Assembly: GCA_036172245.1 (NCBI GenBank)
Contig: JAYWIR010000001.1
Coordinates: forward strand, 7,068,001 to 7,132,000
From: Raillietiella orientalis
Taxonomy: Eukaryota
Length of the DNA stretch: 64,000 bases
Reading direction: 5' to 3'
Positions 25,161 to 37,899 of this stretch are shown in pieces. How positions within the stretch are numbered: the first letter of the stretch is position 1; each line of letters begins with the position of its first letter. The notes below the pieces were generated by a model that saw only the letters and a program-made list of their open reading frames with translations, was not told the origin of the DNA and ran no database searches. A program made the position numbers and the translations under genes.

Positions 25161-27379
25161 CTCCTCGCCGAGAACCACGGATCTCCCACCGCAAAAAGGA
25201 AGAGTCGCTAAGGGCAGAATGATACCGAAGGAAACCCGACGCGCGCGTCGAAGAAGAAGAATCCACAGAACTCAGCGGAAGGAATTTTCCGCGCCTCCGC
25301 CCTCGCTGCTGAGGAAATCCGAGGGGAAAGCTCAGGAGATTCCTTGCTGGGCGAGACGGGCAGGGCGGGTTTTACCACCTTCCGAGTCCGCGCGGGTTCG
25401 TCGCGGGATCACTTTGAAACCGAGATCGCGCTCGCCCCTGGCGAAGAACGAAAGGTCGAGATCAAAGTCATTCGCCAGTGCTTCCCACACGAGACGTTTC
25501 AGACATGACCGCACTCGGAGGCGGGCGAGCGGCAGGGTCTCGTAGGTCGTGAAACGAGCCCTGCCTACCTGTGGTTTCCGAACGCAGTGGGAGCGGAATC
25601 CCCTTGCGCTCGGTCGATCCGCCTCACCCCTGAAAACATTCCAACGCCTCCCCCTTTGCTGCATCACACGTGATCCGGTGCTAAAGGACCTCTCTTTGAA
25701 TCCTCAGCCGAAAAGGCAGGCCCTCGTTTCCTAGCAGCGTGTGCCGGAGGGAGCACTCCGGAGCGGATGGGGCGTGGAGAAACATCGTTCTCTCTGGACA
25801 AGAGCTCCTCGATCATTCGGCGGTCTCGCTGACTTCCGAAGCGAGGCGTATTCCGGGAAAGCGTTCGACCAGGAGACCGCGAACGGTCGAGACCAAGGAA
25901 CGGCTCATTGTCCGCGTCGAAACGGTCCGTCGCCCCGGCTGCAAGAGCTGCAGGAAACCGGTGGAACCCCAGGCTGTGCAGAGCGCGATCAAAGACGGTC
26001 CAAAGCCCCGTTTCGGAGCGCCGCTTTATCGCGGGCCCGCAGGCTGTCAAGCAGTTGGCGGGGCGTTTCTTGATGGGATGCTAGGTCGGTCGAGAGATGA
26101 AGTTTAGAATTGTGAAGATGTTCCGTGGATTCGGACTCCCCAACAAGCTGCTGCCTTCCTTCAAGAAGTTCTGGAAGAGGGGGGGAAAAAAAGGCCAAAG
26201 CCTTCCAGCGACGCCACATTGTCCATCTTCACGTAAAGTCTCTTCAGTTTTCCTCTTGTTCCCCGATACGAGGAACCAATCTAGAAGGCAAAGAAACCTT
26301 GAAGGTCTCCACAAGTTCATATCCACAACATTGTGGGAAGCAAATTCAGCCTCTCAACTGCTGCGGCTCAATCGTGGCTTTCATAAGTGGATGAAGCACT
26401 TGCACGTCATCGGGGGAGGATTCAAGGAAAGACTGAAGGTCGTTCAAGGGACAAAGAGGGAGTTCATTAGACCTATGGGCACAGACTCCTTCTAAAACCA
26501 AAGAACTTCTAGGCCGGACATGCTTTTATTTCCGCAGTTTTGTCCCGGATGCGACAAGCCGGCTGCATATCCTCTAGCGTGGGAGGCCATGGGCTTGGAA
26601 CGGATAGAAATCAACCGCAAGTTACGTGTGCGTAACTTGGCGTAGTTGCCAGTGAGAAACTATGGGGTGTCCTTCACGGCTCAAGTGAGTGCAAAGATGA
26701 TTTCATGAGCTCTTAGGAAGAAGAAATTTTCTGTCCGTCAACCAGCACTAGAAAGAGAAACCAGAAATCATTACGATTGGCGCTAAAAAGTGGTGGGTGC
26801 AAGTGGTTAATCTCCACGTCGCTTGGAAAGAAACAGGCGAAAGATCTGCGGACCGTGTCTTTCACAATCTCGGTGTTGCTACACATATCCGCCAACCCAT
26901 CCTCGCCCTCAACTCTCGAAAAAAAAAAAAATCGGGTTTCGAAAGGTCAACAGTCGACCTTTGTTCGGGAAGATAGAAATTCGCCTGCATTTCCGGACAT
27001 GCTCGGCCGAAGGGAGGATTGAAAAAAAATTCCGGCAGCAACTAGGATCGGCTCAGGACCACAGCTGGGCATTCGATGTATCCGAAATCAGAAGAGGCGG
27101 GACTTGAATTCCTCGGCGAAGGATGCTTCAGATTCGTCTGTTGGGCTACATCACTAGGCTCCGATCCATCTTCAGACCGAAGAGCTGATGGTCTGGAGAG
27201 ATTCGTCTGTGACGACGAACATCGCTTCTCTCTGAATTTGAAACTCGCATTTCTTGACAACGCGACGATCCTTCAGTCAGCGTGAACGATACGCACGTTC
27301 ACAAATGAATTTGCTTGCTGTTTTCGCATCTCCAGGTCACACATAGCCTATGTCGCATGGTAGTCGCATAGCAACTACT

Positions 27380-28350
27380 CACGATTACGAAAGATCCAAG
27401 GTTAGCATCACGCATGCACTGATCGATCGTAAAGTCATTTGTCTTTCTCCTGGGTTATAAAAACCGGAACCATGTTGAGGTTCGAGATGATTTTCTCCGC
27501 CATGGTTGAATCGAGTGCAAGAAACAAGAGCGGCACCTGTTTTTGGCAGCACTGTTTTTGGTTGCTTCCCATGGTCGAGGAATGGCTTCGAAGGAGAGAC
27601 GAAATGGCCTCCGGGAAATGGAAACTGTTCCTGCCAAGTGACAGTCTTCGTAGGGTCAAATTGCTTCGTTATGAGGCCCCGATTTGAGGAAGGGGTGCTG
27701 ATGCACAGCGCCAGGGGACCGTGGCAGGGGGCGCTCCGTCCCACAGCTGGGAGCTCGCGAGCCTTTCCAAAAATTAGAAGAATGCGGGGAACATCTAAGG
27801 GTTACAGAGGAAGCTCTAGGGAGGACTAGAGGAACACACGGAAACGATGCCTATTCCTTCAGCCTATCGGGAAACTCTTTGAAGAACCGAGCTGCTACCG
27901 TAAAATGACCTCCGAATGTTTTGTAATCGAGGGTCCTGTGCGGCACACGGGTCCTGATTCTGGACTGGCGACCCAAATGCCGAGTTTCGTCTGGCATATC
28001 GGACATCCGGAAACCTGCTCCACATCCCGACTTGTCGGATTCTTATCCCCCGTTGGAAAGTAGCAAGGCAAGTTGCTGGCTTGCAGGACATGACAAGATT
28101 GGAAATCCTGAATGGAAGATGGAAAAAAAGTTCCCCTGGGTTACCTTTACCACCTTCATCAGGAACATCCTGATAAGAAGAATTATAGTTGCAGCTGACA
28201 TGGAAACATGACTCTTAAAGAAGGAAATCGGCGTCTGGGAGTCTTCGGGATGCAGTGGCTGCTCCGGGGATCCGTCACTGCAAGGCAAACTAAATTGTGA
28301 CCTAGGAACTGAGGAACACAGAAGCAACTGGTGCAAACTCGTGTTCAGCA
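27380..28350 (-). mobile_element. Degenerate LINE ORF2 fragment (start of RT domain)
   Basis: WDGAP (PGxDG-like), GLITKQFDPTKTVTWQEQFP (GxIxLxxK...WRPI-like) and VLPKTGAALV in RT order. Confidence 0.3.
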
Positions 28351-30147
28351 AACATCCTCTGTCTGTTCACCTTTTTCCAAGTTTAAACTTGTTCGATTTT
28401 CCTATGGACCCTAGTACACTGTGTACAAAGCCACTTCGCGGCTTGTCAGGTTGGGAGAAGAAAGAAAAACAAAACAAAAGAAGCGGAACCGTGGACTCGC
28501 ACAGATAGAGAGAACCACACAGATGAAGCATCAATTAAGTTGAAATCCACAAGCGATTTCTAGGTTGGGGAATTGAGCTTTACGAAACCTCCGGATGATG
28601 GTACTCTTCTGATGTTGACGAGAGCTCAGACTGTTGTGGAAATCAAAAGGAGCATTTAAGGAAATAGACCATGTCTTAAAAGATGTATTATATCTTAAAA
28701 GAAACAATGCCCTTTTCGGTCGGTTAAACGAGGGTAGAGCAAATCTTCAACTTGAATCCGACTCGTAAATCATGCTGCCATTACTCGGCTTTCAAATCAA
28801 TAGCTGCTTGTAGAATGTAATTTTAAAACAGTCAATTTGCAAAAATTGTTACTGAAGTATATGAAAAGTGTAAGGAAGATAAGGCTTTTTCTTTGTGCAC
28901 AAAATTTGAGTGGTTTAGATTTCACTGGGATCGCAGTATGTGTAGCAATGATTATTATCCTAGGACGGAAAAACAAGTTGGACATGGAAAACACTTTGAA
29001 CTTTGGAAGGAGAAAAGTACAAGCACTACTAGCTATTGGAATTAATGACAGAATCTATGTGACTCTAAACATGTAATTTGTTCAAATGTCTTTAATGAAC
29101 TTGAAAACGTGTACACAAAAAAATATAATTCGATAGATTGGTCGCACAGTCGCTGAGGTGATCCTTCAAGTGTTTTCAGAGTATTGTGAAGTGTTAATCA
29201 TCTCTTGGGAATTTCACGTTACATTTTCGTATACAAAGTATAAGACGACTTTCTTTAGCATTCTACATGCAGTGTCTATCAGCTTCATGTGATCTAATCT
29301 GATCGCTATGCCTTTAAAACAGCCTGAAATTATGCAAATAAGATCTCGAGAAGCGTTCAAATAATCTGGACGAAAATAGTTTCCTTTTCCATCAGAAATA
29401 AACAGCATTCAGATTTTGAAGATAATTTAATTCCTACTGTGTTGTCTTTTTGTACTTTCTCAGTAATACTGTATCGATTGCTTATATCGTGAAACCTCAT
29501 TGTGTAATTGCAAATTATAAAAGATTTTAAAAGAGTTTTGCTTCACTGATCGTATGATTTCCAGACAGAAAAGCATGTCAAGAGCTTGAGTAAACCGTGG
29601 GTGAAGAAGAGTGCCAACAACTCTTCGAAAATGATTTGCTACTAGGATTTGTAATACGGCATTATTGAGAGTGCTGCATTCATTAGCGGAGCTAATAGGA
29701 AACCTGACAAATTCCTACTGGATGACAAATTTCGATTTTCTTTGATATTGAGATCTTTCAAATGAAGCTAGTTAAAGTGTAAATGGTTTTATTTTAGCGC
29801 CTTAAAAACATTTTGATGCATTTAAAACAAAAATCACTTCGTAACATTATGATGTGGGAGGAAGTTTTCTATAGATTCTTCTTCCTTTTTTTGTTTTTTT
29901 AGGTGTACTGCCAGTGCACTTTCAATTAGCCATTTTCATTTTAAGTGTAATTACGTGGAAAATACCAAGTCAAAGTCATTCCATAATGATGTTTCGTATA
30001 TATTTTATCTATCTATGCATTCTCCTCCGTAAAAAAGAAAAACATGCAAATGAATTATATCGAACCGAATAAACATAAAAAGCATTTTTTAGAATCAGTT
30101 CGTCACCATAATTCCAAATAATGATTTCGATAGAAGGTGCACGCAAT

Positions 30148-30429
30148 TTTGGCGCGCGATAATGACCGCCGCCGGGATTCGAAAACATATTAGGCGGGAT
30201 CAGCTGATTTCAGTTACCGCTTAGCAGTTCGGTGGATTGTGCCTACCGTTCTGCTGCCTTGTTTGTTGAACGAAAAATTGACCTTATCAGTTCGGTATTT
30301 TGCCAGGGTATTTTTGTGTACTTATTTGATCAAAGCGTAAATAGGTTTCCGTGTAACTGGAACTAATGAAAAAAAATTTTCGTATATAAGTTAGTCGAAT
30401 CCAATACTTGGGCTGCACGTTTTTGGCGC
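30148..30429 (+). promoter_or_regulatory. Cyclin E promoter region with E2F sites and an initiator-like motif
   Basis: TTTGGCGCG (30148-30156), GGCGGGA (about 30193), TTTTGGCGC (30421-30429) match E2F consensus. TCAGTT at 30210-30215 resembles the arthropod Inr. Possible 5'UTR intron 30308-30572. Cyclin E is an established E2F target. Confidence 0.65.
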
Positions 30430-30739
30430 TCAAAATTTTGCAGTGTGGTTGAAGGTTATCTGTTGGAAATTCTCCGCAAGGGGCATTTTTTCAAAGCCAG
30501 AAATCCATGCAATTTGGTTTAGAGATTGCTCGAGTCGGGAGGGATAATCGTAACTGTTCGCATTACTTGCAGGTCTTGAGCACAGTTCAGAAAGAGTGGA
30601 ACCATTTTTGGTAGTCTTGCATTATGTGCGTATCTAATTATCGAAATTGATGAGGTTATTCACTGCTACTCGATCCGTTGTCACAACAGCAACTAGCAAG
30701 ATGGACAAGAAAAAAGTTGTTTGATCCTCGAGTTTTTCA

Positions 30740-32419
30740 ATGAACAGTAACCAAAGCAAGGAGTCTGGATCCAGACGGGAGGTTGTGAGGAATTTACCAT
30801 CGGTACGGAAAAGAAAACAAGATCTAGAGGTAAAAAGCACATCTATCATATATATTTTTCTCATGTTTCAACAAAAGGGAGCAACATCAATTTTTAGGAT
30901 TACAAAAAAGCAGACAACTATCGAAGAAGTAAGTTACCAAAGCTCTCATTCAGTGCTGTGATGCTTTCCTTTCAGTATTACCAAAATAACTTGCGGTTAT
31001 CAAGTGACAATGATAGCAAGGAGTCGAGCAGCCTGGAGAGAAATTGCTTGGAAAAAGCAATGCCATCTCACACTCCACAAACAGATAACTGGAATAAGTA
31101 TGAATTTGAGGATCTGATCTGGTGTACATTTCTTTCCTGATAGATCTTACAATCTGAATTGCTTCCCTTCTCCTGAAGGAGAAAGAATCGTTTACTTGCC
31201 ATCGTTGACATGGGCTAATTCTAAAGAAATCTGGAAATCCCTTGTTTACAAAGATGCTTCACACACCCGGGATGCAAGTCTTTTCAAACGCCATCCAGCA
31301 TTGCAACCACGAATGCGTTCTATTTTGTTAGATTGGCTTATTGAGGTGAGAGACACGAATATAAGATATTGTGAAGAAGGAATATTGACAGTGCAAAAAT
31401 ATTGAAATGGCAAAGCAATTGAGAAGCCCTGTCCTGGAATGATACTGCTTTTTAGGTATGTGAAGTATACAGGTTGCATCGAGAGACATATCACATGTCT
31501 CTGGACTTCATGGACCGCTTCTTATCTCTTGCTCCACCTGTTGCTAAGCAAAAGCTGCAGTTGATTGGAGTCACATGTCTGTTCATTGCTTCAAAAATTG
31601 AAGAGATCTATCCTCCTAAGCTATCACAGTTTGCTTTTGTGACTGATGGTGCCTGTACTGAAGAGGATATTCTGGAGACAGAGCTAGTCATTATGAAGGT
31701 GACAGTGCAAAAGAACTAGTAATTGATCTTATAGGAAACTTAGACTCTAGATTGGAAGTTATCCCCACTGACAGCCCATTTCTGGGTCAATGTATATTTG
31801 CAACTTTGCACCTACCATAATCAGGAATTTAAGGAAAACAGTTGCCCAGATCACTTGCTTTTTCCAAGTTCTCTGGGAAACATTCTAGTCAGGGTGTCCC
31901 GATTATTGGATCTGGCAATGTTGGATGCCAGCTCACTTCATTTTCTTTATAGCCATTTGGCAGCTTCAAGCTTGTTCCTGATCATTAGAGATCCAGCATT
32001 ATTAGTATCTGGTGAGTCATTGTGGGGGTCATCTAGATATATTTCTTTTTAGGTTATAAGATTTCTGATTTGAAGATGTGTATCAACTGGTTGAAACCAT
32101 TTGCGCATGTGCTAGAGAATGAGCCTTTGGAGTTGAAAGAGTTTCCCAATGTTCCTTCTAATGATGCTTGCAATATTCAAACTCACAATGTAAACATGAA
32201 TATTCTGGTAGGAAAGACCATTGTCAGATTTAGAAGGAGACAATCTGTTGATTCCAGGAAACAGCACAAGAACTTATCAAAGGAGGAATCAAAGAAACAG
32301 AATCTCCTGACCGTCCTAGCACTCCATTTTCTCCCAGGTGTTCAAGGAATGCTTCACCCGGAATTTTGACTCCACCCAAAAGTACCGAGAGAAGGAAAAC
32401 CAGAGAGACCTTTACATGA
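30740..32419 (+). CDS. CycE: G1/S-specific cyclin E, 8 coding exons: 30740-30829, 30878-30928, 30976-31097, 31144-31345, 31456-31698, 31744-32011, 32053-32207, 32258-32419 (1293 nt, 430 aa); first three exons less certain
   Basis: [79 protein letters not shown] and C-terminal ILTPPKS phosphodegron. Confidence 0.95.
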
Positions 32420-32749
32420 TAACTTGCTGTATTGCTGTGATGAAGACTGTGCTAAACATTGTTACAGCTGTACAAATGGATGCCAATCTCAGGATTGCCT
32501 TATTTCGTGTGTTCTTGTATTTTATGACAATCTGGTTATATTGCCTTCACATGTTGTCCTTGTGTTGGAATTATTGTTGCTAATGGTTGACAAGTGCCTT
32601 ATTTGGCAGAGCTCCAGTTTTTATTTATGTTGCATATCTTGAGTCATGGAGCATGCCATTTTTACCAGTTTATCACGTATCTATGAATAATTGTTCTGTG
32701 GATTCAAACATTGGATTTCATGGTATTCCTTCTGACACTTATTGATACA

Positions 32750-32755
32750 AATAAA
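32750..32755 (+). terminator. Candidate polyadenylation signal of cyclin E
   Basis: AATAAA about 330 nt after the stop, with a second AATAAA near 32806. Confidence 0.55.
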
Positions 32756-35389
32756 GGTTTATGCTTATGACCCTCAAATTTCTGTGTATGTAAAGCATTG
32801 AAACGAATAAAAATCGATCGTAACCGTTTATGAAAACGAAACTACACGGAGTATTTCAGTGAGGAAAGTAATGCTTGGAATAAAGCAAGTCTTATAGTTT
32901 GCATCCATGTAAACACGGGATCAACTGTTCTGCCAGAGTGCTTCGTTCCGTTTTTTGTTTTCTCGCTAGCAAGAGCATATGTTTTCGTCGATTTTCCAGG
33001 AAAGGTTGGCAATGTTTTGTGCACATTAAATTGATAAATTCACTTCCGTTAAGATGGACTGCCTAATCTTTCGTGAACAAAATGCACGCCTTTCTGATAA
33101 TTACGTTTACTTCACTGGGTTTACGATTCCCATTACGATTTAAAACATTTACGTAGAATGCATCTCAAGGAAATATAAGAACCAGTCCTTGGAAAATTTT
33201 GTTCAGTTGTTTTTCATGCTCATCATGGATTATTTTTATTTAACTAATTGTGGAGTATATTTACTTCGGCAATGCCATTCAGCAATCTTTATTTCATCGT
33301 TGTATTCCCATTGCAGCATGAACTGAGGCAATTACCTACAATAAGTACCACACATCGTTCACGGTAACATACATCCGTCAAATATGCTTTTGCTTCTAAA
33401 GAAGAGCTCCATACTTTGGAACAGCAAACTTTTGGAAGGATAGTTTAACTAAAATGTGCTGTTTAAAAAGCTCTTTCTGTTTACGTGGTAAACCAGTGGA
33501 GTTTTGTGTCGGGTATCAAAATGAAAACTGTGAACAAACAAATGAACTGATTTGCCGTTTGTGCACGTGATGCAAATTCTGGGTCGTGCAAACTAATTGC
33601 AAGAAATAATTAGGCTGCTCTATTTAAGTGGAGAACAGAAATGCGATTCTAAACAGTTTTTCAATTAAGAACACAGTTGAAAAACCAGGAAAGGCAGAAG
33701 ATTCCCAGAAGCGGCGAAAGGGAATTCCTCTTTGATTCTATGAATGCTGGTTTGACTTATGAATGAAAAGAGGTTCTCGAAATCGTAGGTTGCCTCTCAG
33801 GGAATTACTCTATGCTATAGGGACGTCAACTCCATTCGCCTCCCTTCAATAAGTGAAGAGCAACCCCGAGACACTGTTCAACGGAGGAGTAATTATAGCT
33901 AAAGTCTGATTTCGGAAAGAATGAAAGAAATACCCTTATTTTCAAAAAATAATAACAATCGTCATTCCTATTTTGAAATATAATAAAAAGAGTTCAAATC
34001 TATAAAGAACTGAATTCAGACAATTTTCATTGCCTTCTTCTCTATTGTTCCTGAATTATTTATGTAGCAGAAGAAAATTGTGGTGGTGAAGACAACACAG
34101 AATCAATCCAGAATTCTTCGTTTTTGACAGTTTCAAAACATTTAAAAGCCATCGCTCACCTTCACTGTTGAACCAAAAGTTCTCTCTAATAGTCTCTGAT
34201 TTAAAGTACGCTTTGAGAGATTCTAAACTATTTTGAAACTTTGGGAGTAAGTTTTATTTATCCTTTGTTTTTTTCCTCCTTTAAAGTAAAATATTAGGCA
34301 CTCTAAGCTAAATTTGAAAGATCATGCTATTTTTCGTGAAATTCTCAACAGCTGTGACTGTAAGATGTACTCGGCATTTGGTGCAAGGCGACTTCCAAAA
34401 AGCAAGAGAACACCCTGGGAAACATAAAAATAAAAAAAAAAAAAACTCTATCCGTCGACCCATATCTTAATCCAGAACCTAGACGAACAAGCCTTTTAAT
34501 CTGTTCGCCAAATTTCTCGAAAGCAACACTTGCATATTCTGATTGCAGTAGGTGGTTCCGTCTCATGAACGATACGTCAGTGCTTTCGATGACTTGGGAA
34601 GCCTGCGTTTGTTGGAGGGCGCATTGTCGCGAGAGGGTGGGTGGGAGAGAGGCGCATGGGAAACGTGAAAGGCGGTGAAGCACGGACGGGGGAGAGCTGC
34701 GAGCTCCATTTTTGAAGTTGAAGCGTCATTGCGAATCGCCCCACGCGGTAACACCCCCCCCCCCCTATTCGGGGGGAACGAGAGTACGACTCTGGAACAC
34801 TCTGAGGGAAAAAAAAAACATAACCCTACGCCAGCACAAGCACGGAATTCTTCAACTCTTGAACTGGACGAGCTTTCGTTCACACGTTTCGATGCTTTGT
34901 ATCGTATTTCGAAACTAGTTGCAGATATCCAGGAAAAAAAAAATACCGCCCAGAGTTTGCAACATACGAAATCACGGATGCTCTCAGGTTGCTCCGGATC
35001 GACGGAAGCAGCCTCCCAGGTAACTGCAAATCCGCTATGGATTTAGAGTAGAGGTCGGATCATGACGTGCATGTGTAGGAGGTGCAAAGAATAGGAACAT
35101 TATGGAGACTCTGATGGAGAATGCTTTTCATCCTCAGAAGAGACGAAGGAATGCAGAAAACATAATTTTTAAACACAATGCAGTAAAGACCGAGAAGCCA
35201 TAAATAAGAATAACAGCAAATGTAATAGGATAAATTGTGAACAAAGATCAAGCCAAGATGATCAAAACCTAAGTATTCCAGTTTGCAACTGTTATCCACG
35301 GCATGAGATCCAAGTTGACCTTGGCATCCAGTTTTGAAAATAAACCCTCGAAACCCTCGGAAATTCATTTGTAAACCACAAGTTGTTCC

Positions 35390-35950
35390 ATTAACGTCCA
35401 AGCAGCAGTCAGTTTCTCTCTACATTTTGGTAGAGTGGAAGAAAGTTTCCTCAATTTCTTGTGGGTTTCTGAGAATCTTCCTTGGTTTCTGGAAAGCATG
35501 AAATCTGTCGAGGTGAGCTCCGGGAAAGTAGAGGCATGAAACTGAAGCCCTCTACCCTACCCATTGGGGCAAGATGTACTGGCAAACGAAACTGATAGGA
35601 CACCATGCACTTTCCACCTCGTTGTGAAACTGTGATGAGGTGCCTTCTTGTGAATGGATTCCTGTTCTCACGAAGTCGAGCCGGTAACGGCAGCGGCAGC
35701 ATATCAAGATAGAAGCAACCACGGACCCTTTTCCTCACGAAAACATACGGTTAATTGGGTCTCACTGCGAAAAGTGTGCTACAGGCACGAATCTGGGAGC
35801 TCTTGATTTGTTCTTAAGGTCCGTGGCGACTCCAATCTCTACAGGCTCAGATCAAACCTTGGTCTTCGCGTCATAAGAAGTGAAAATGTCCTTAGCATTC
35901 GAAACCAGTGTGTTCAGGAAGAGATTCTCATCAGAAAGCTGATTGATGCT
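35390..35950 (+). mobile_element. Possible APE relic, perhaps the 5' part of the LINE at 37900-40668
   Basis: ALDLF and GSDQTLV resemble the RLD and SDH motifs; very decayed. Confidence 0.2.
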
Positions 35951-37899
35951 TGGGAGATCGAAATTGTGTTCTGTAGACCTGTAAGGCTGCAATCAAGGTA
36001 GCCTCGGTTCAAGGTGTCCATGACATAGCTCAGCAAACTGTGCTTCACAACAAACCATGTTTTGCCTTGAACACATTTACTTTATCATCTATTTTTCCTC
36101 GAATGAAGGTATGATTTCATTGTGCCCTATCGGTGCACATAAAATAAAACTGAACCCTTTCTAAACTGTGCTGATGTTAGTGTCTTCCGAGTGGTAAAGC
36201 GCAAAGAGCGATAGGAATACAGAATGGATGACAACACGTCATCTCCAGAGCACACACCTTTTCATCAAAGTTCTCAGAATTTCATTTTTAAAAGCTTATC
36301 ACTTGGATTTCAGAGAATGAGCATGAAGTGTCATTCAAGATGGCGCGGATCAAATAATGCTATTCAAATGCTGCTCTCTCGAAATCTGAACTTCTCCTGA
36401 ATATGATTTTGTACGTCTCATCTTATGAAATAACTCTTAGCCCACCTCTATCTTCTATCGGTAATTGTGTTTTTATATGTGTCTTCCTTCCCGCATACAT
36501 GTTGATTTTTCTATTTCGGTGTGGTGCTGTTTCAGTGTAGTAACTTTGAATTTTAAAAGTGGGAATTATTGTTTAGTTCATAATCTATATTCGTTTTATT
36601 TTATTTTTTTCTTTTAAAAAGTCCTATATCCTTACGTTCTTGCATTACGGAAACGCATTTACGTCGTTTGTTTCAGTACATTCGCATTTGTGATACCGAA
36701 TACGAATTTCAAAATGGGTGACACATTACGGAAACGAGAAATTCGTGCTCTTGAATTCAAATTATACTAACATTTTAGCCTTAGCAGAATTCGAACAGAG
36801 CAATGCATTGAAATTCGAATGCTTATCTCCCAATCCTTATATGATTTTTATTCTGTAATCTCTTTGCTGCATTACATTCGAATTAAAATGCTTCTTTGAT
36901 CCTGGGCAACCCTTAACCCTCATTCTACATTACATTCACTGTAAAAGCATTAACTGTTCGCTTTAACGGCTGCTGTGAGATGCTTACTAAATTCTCGTAA
37001 AAAATGTCGATGCAAGCTCAGCTGCAGTTTTCTGGATTGGTGTTTTCTAAGCAAGTAAATAAATGAACGAAAATCAGATTTTCAAGACATTGGATTTGTA
37101 TGAACATGCTTGTCAGATTGCACTTTTAAACTGTAATAGTCTTATATTTTGAAAACAAAGCACGGTATTTGAAGCATGGTGTAGTATTTTGAACTACTGT
37201 AATTCATAAATTCTTGACGTTCACTCAGTTTCCTTCAAACGCCTGCTATTTAACTCGAAAGTTGTATCTACAAGTCGACTGTCCAAAGTTCTTTTAGCTC
37301 CAGTTAAAACTGGCGTAACGGTGGAAACCTGAATACTGCAAAAACGGCTGCAGTGTGAATGGGAACAAACTGTGATAGGAAGTGATCCCATATTCTTCGA
37401 ATGCACGTAAGTAACAACAGGCCTGCATTGCAGACCAGAGATGGCGTCCACTGTGCAGAAGGCGTAGAATATCGGAAGAATTGCTCGGACACATCCTTAC
37501 CCGATGATCATGGTTTGCCCAACAACCGAACTGCGACCTCGGAGTCATGAACAGCTGCTAGCACAGCAGAATGAAGGCTAGCACTGGAACTGGCGATTCC
37601 ATATTCCGGGAATGTGGACACACAGCTGAGGCTGGGTCCGGTGCTCCACAGGGATGAACGAGGACTTGCCCTTTGAAGACTCGGCAGCGGTGGAAGGCTG
37701 GAAGAGGCACAGCAAGAGGAAACACGGAGGACTGGCCCCCACTTGCTTCCAAAGAAGGACCCACGATCTCAAGAGCAATCGTCGTAGGATCTCTGGGATC
37801 TTGGGATACGGCGAATGGCGGCAAATTATTGAGGGAATCAAAAATTCCGAAGAAACAGGCGAAGGACATCGGGAAAGGAATGTCTCACTCGAATCCTCA

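Noticed and set aside
24209-26107. Long overlapping ORFs (up to 326 aa) and a KAFD word near 25860
   Set aside because: Arg/Ser/Pro-rich open frames on both strands are expected in GC-rich DNA; flanking RT motifs are missing
36640-36910. Clustered ttcgaat/attcg words suggesting a MITE
   Set aside because: Could not define TIRs or a TSD
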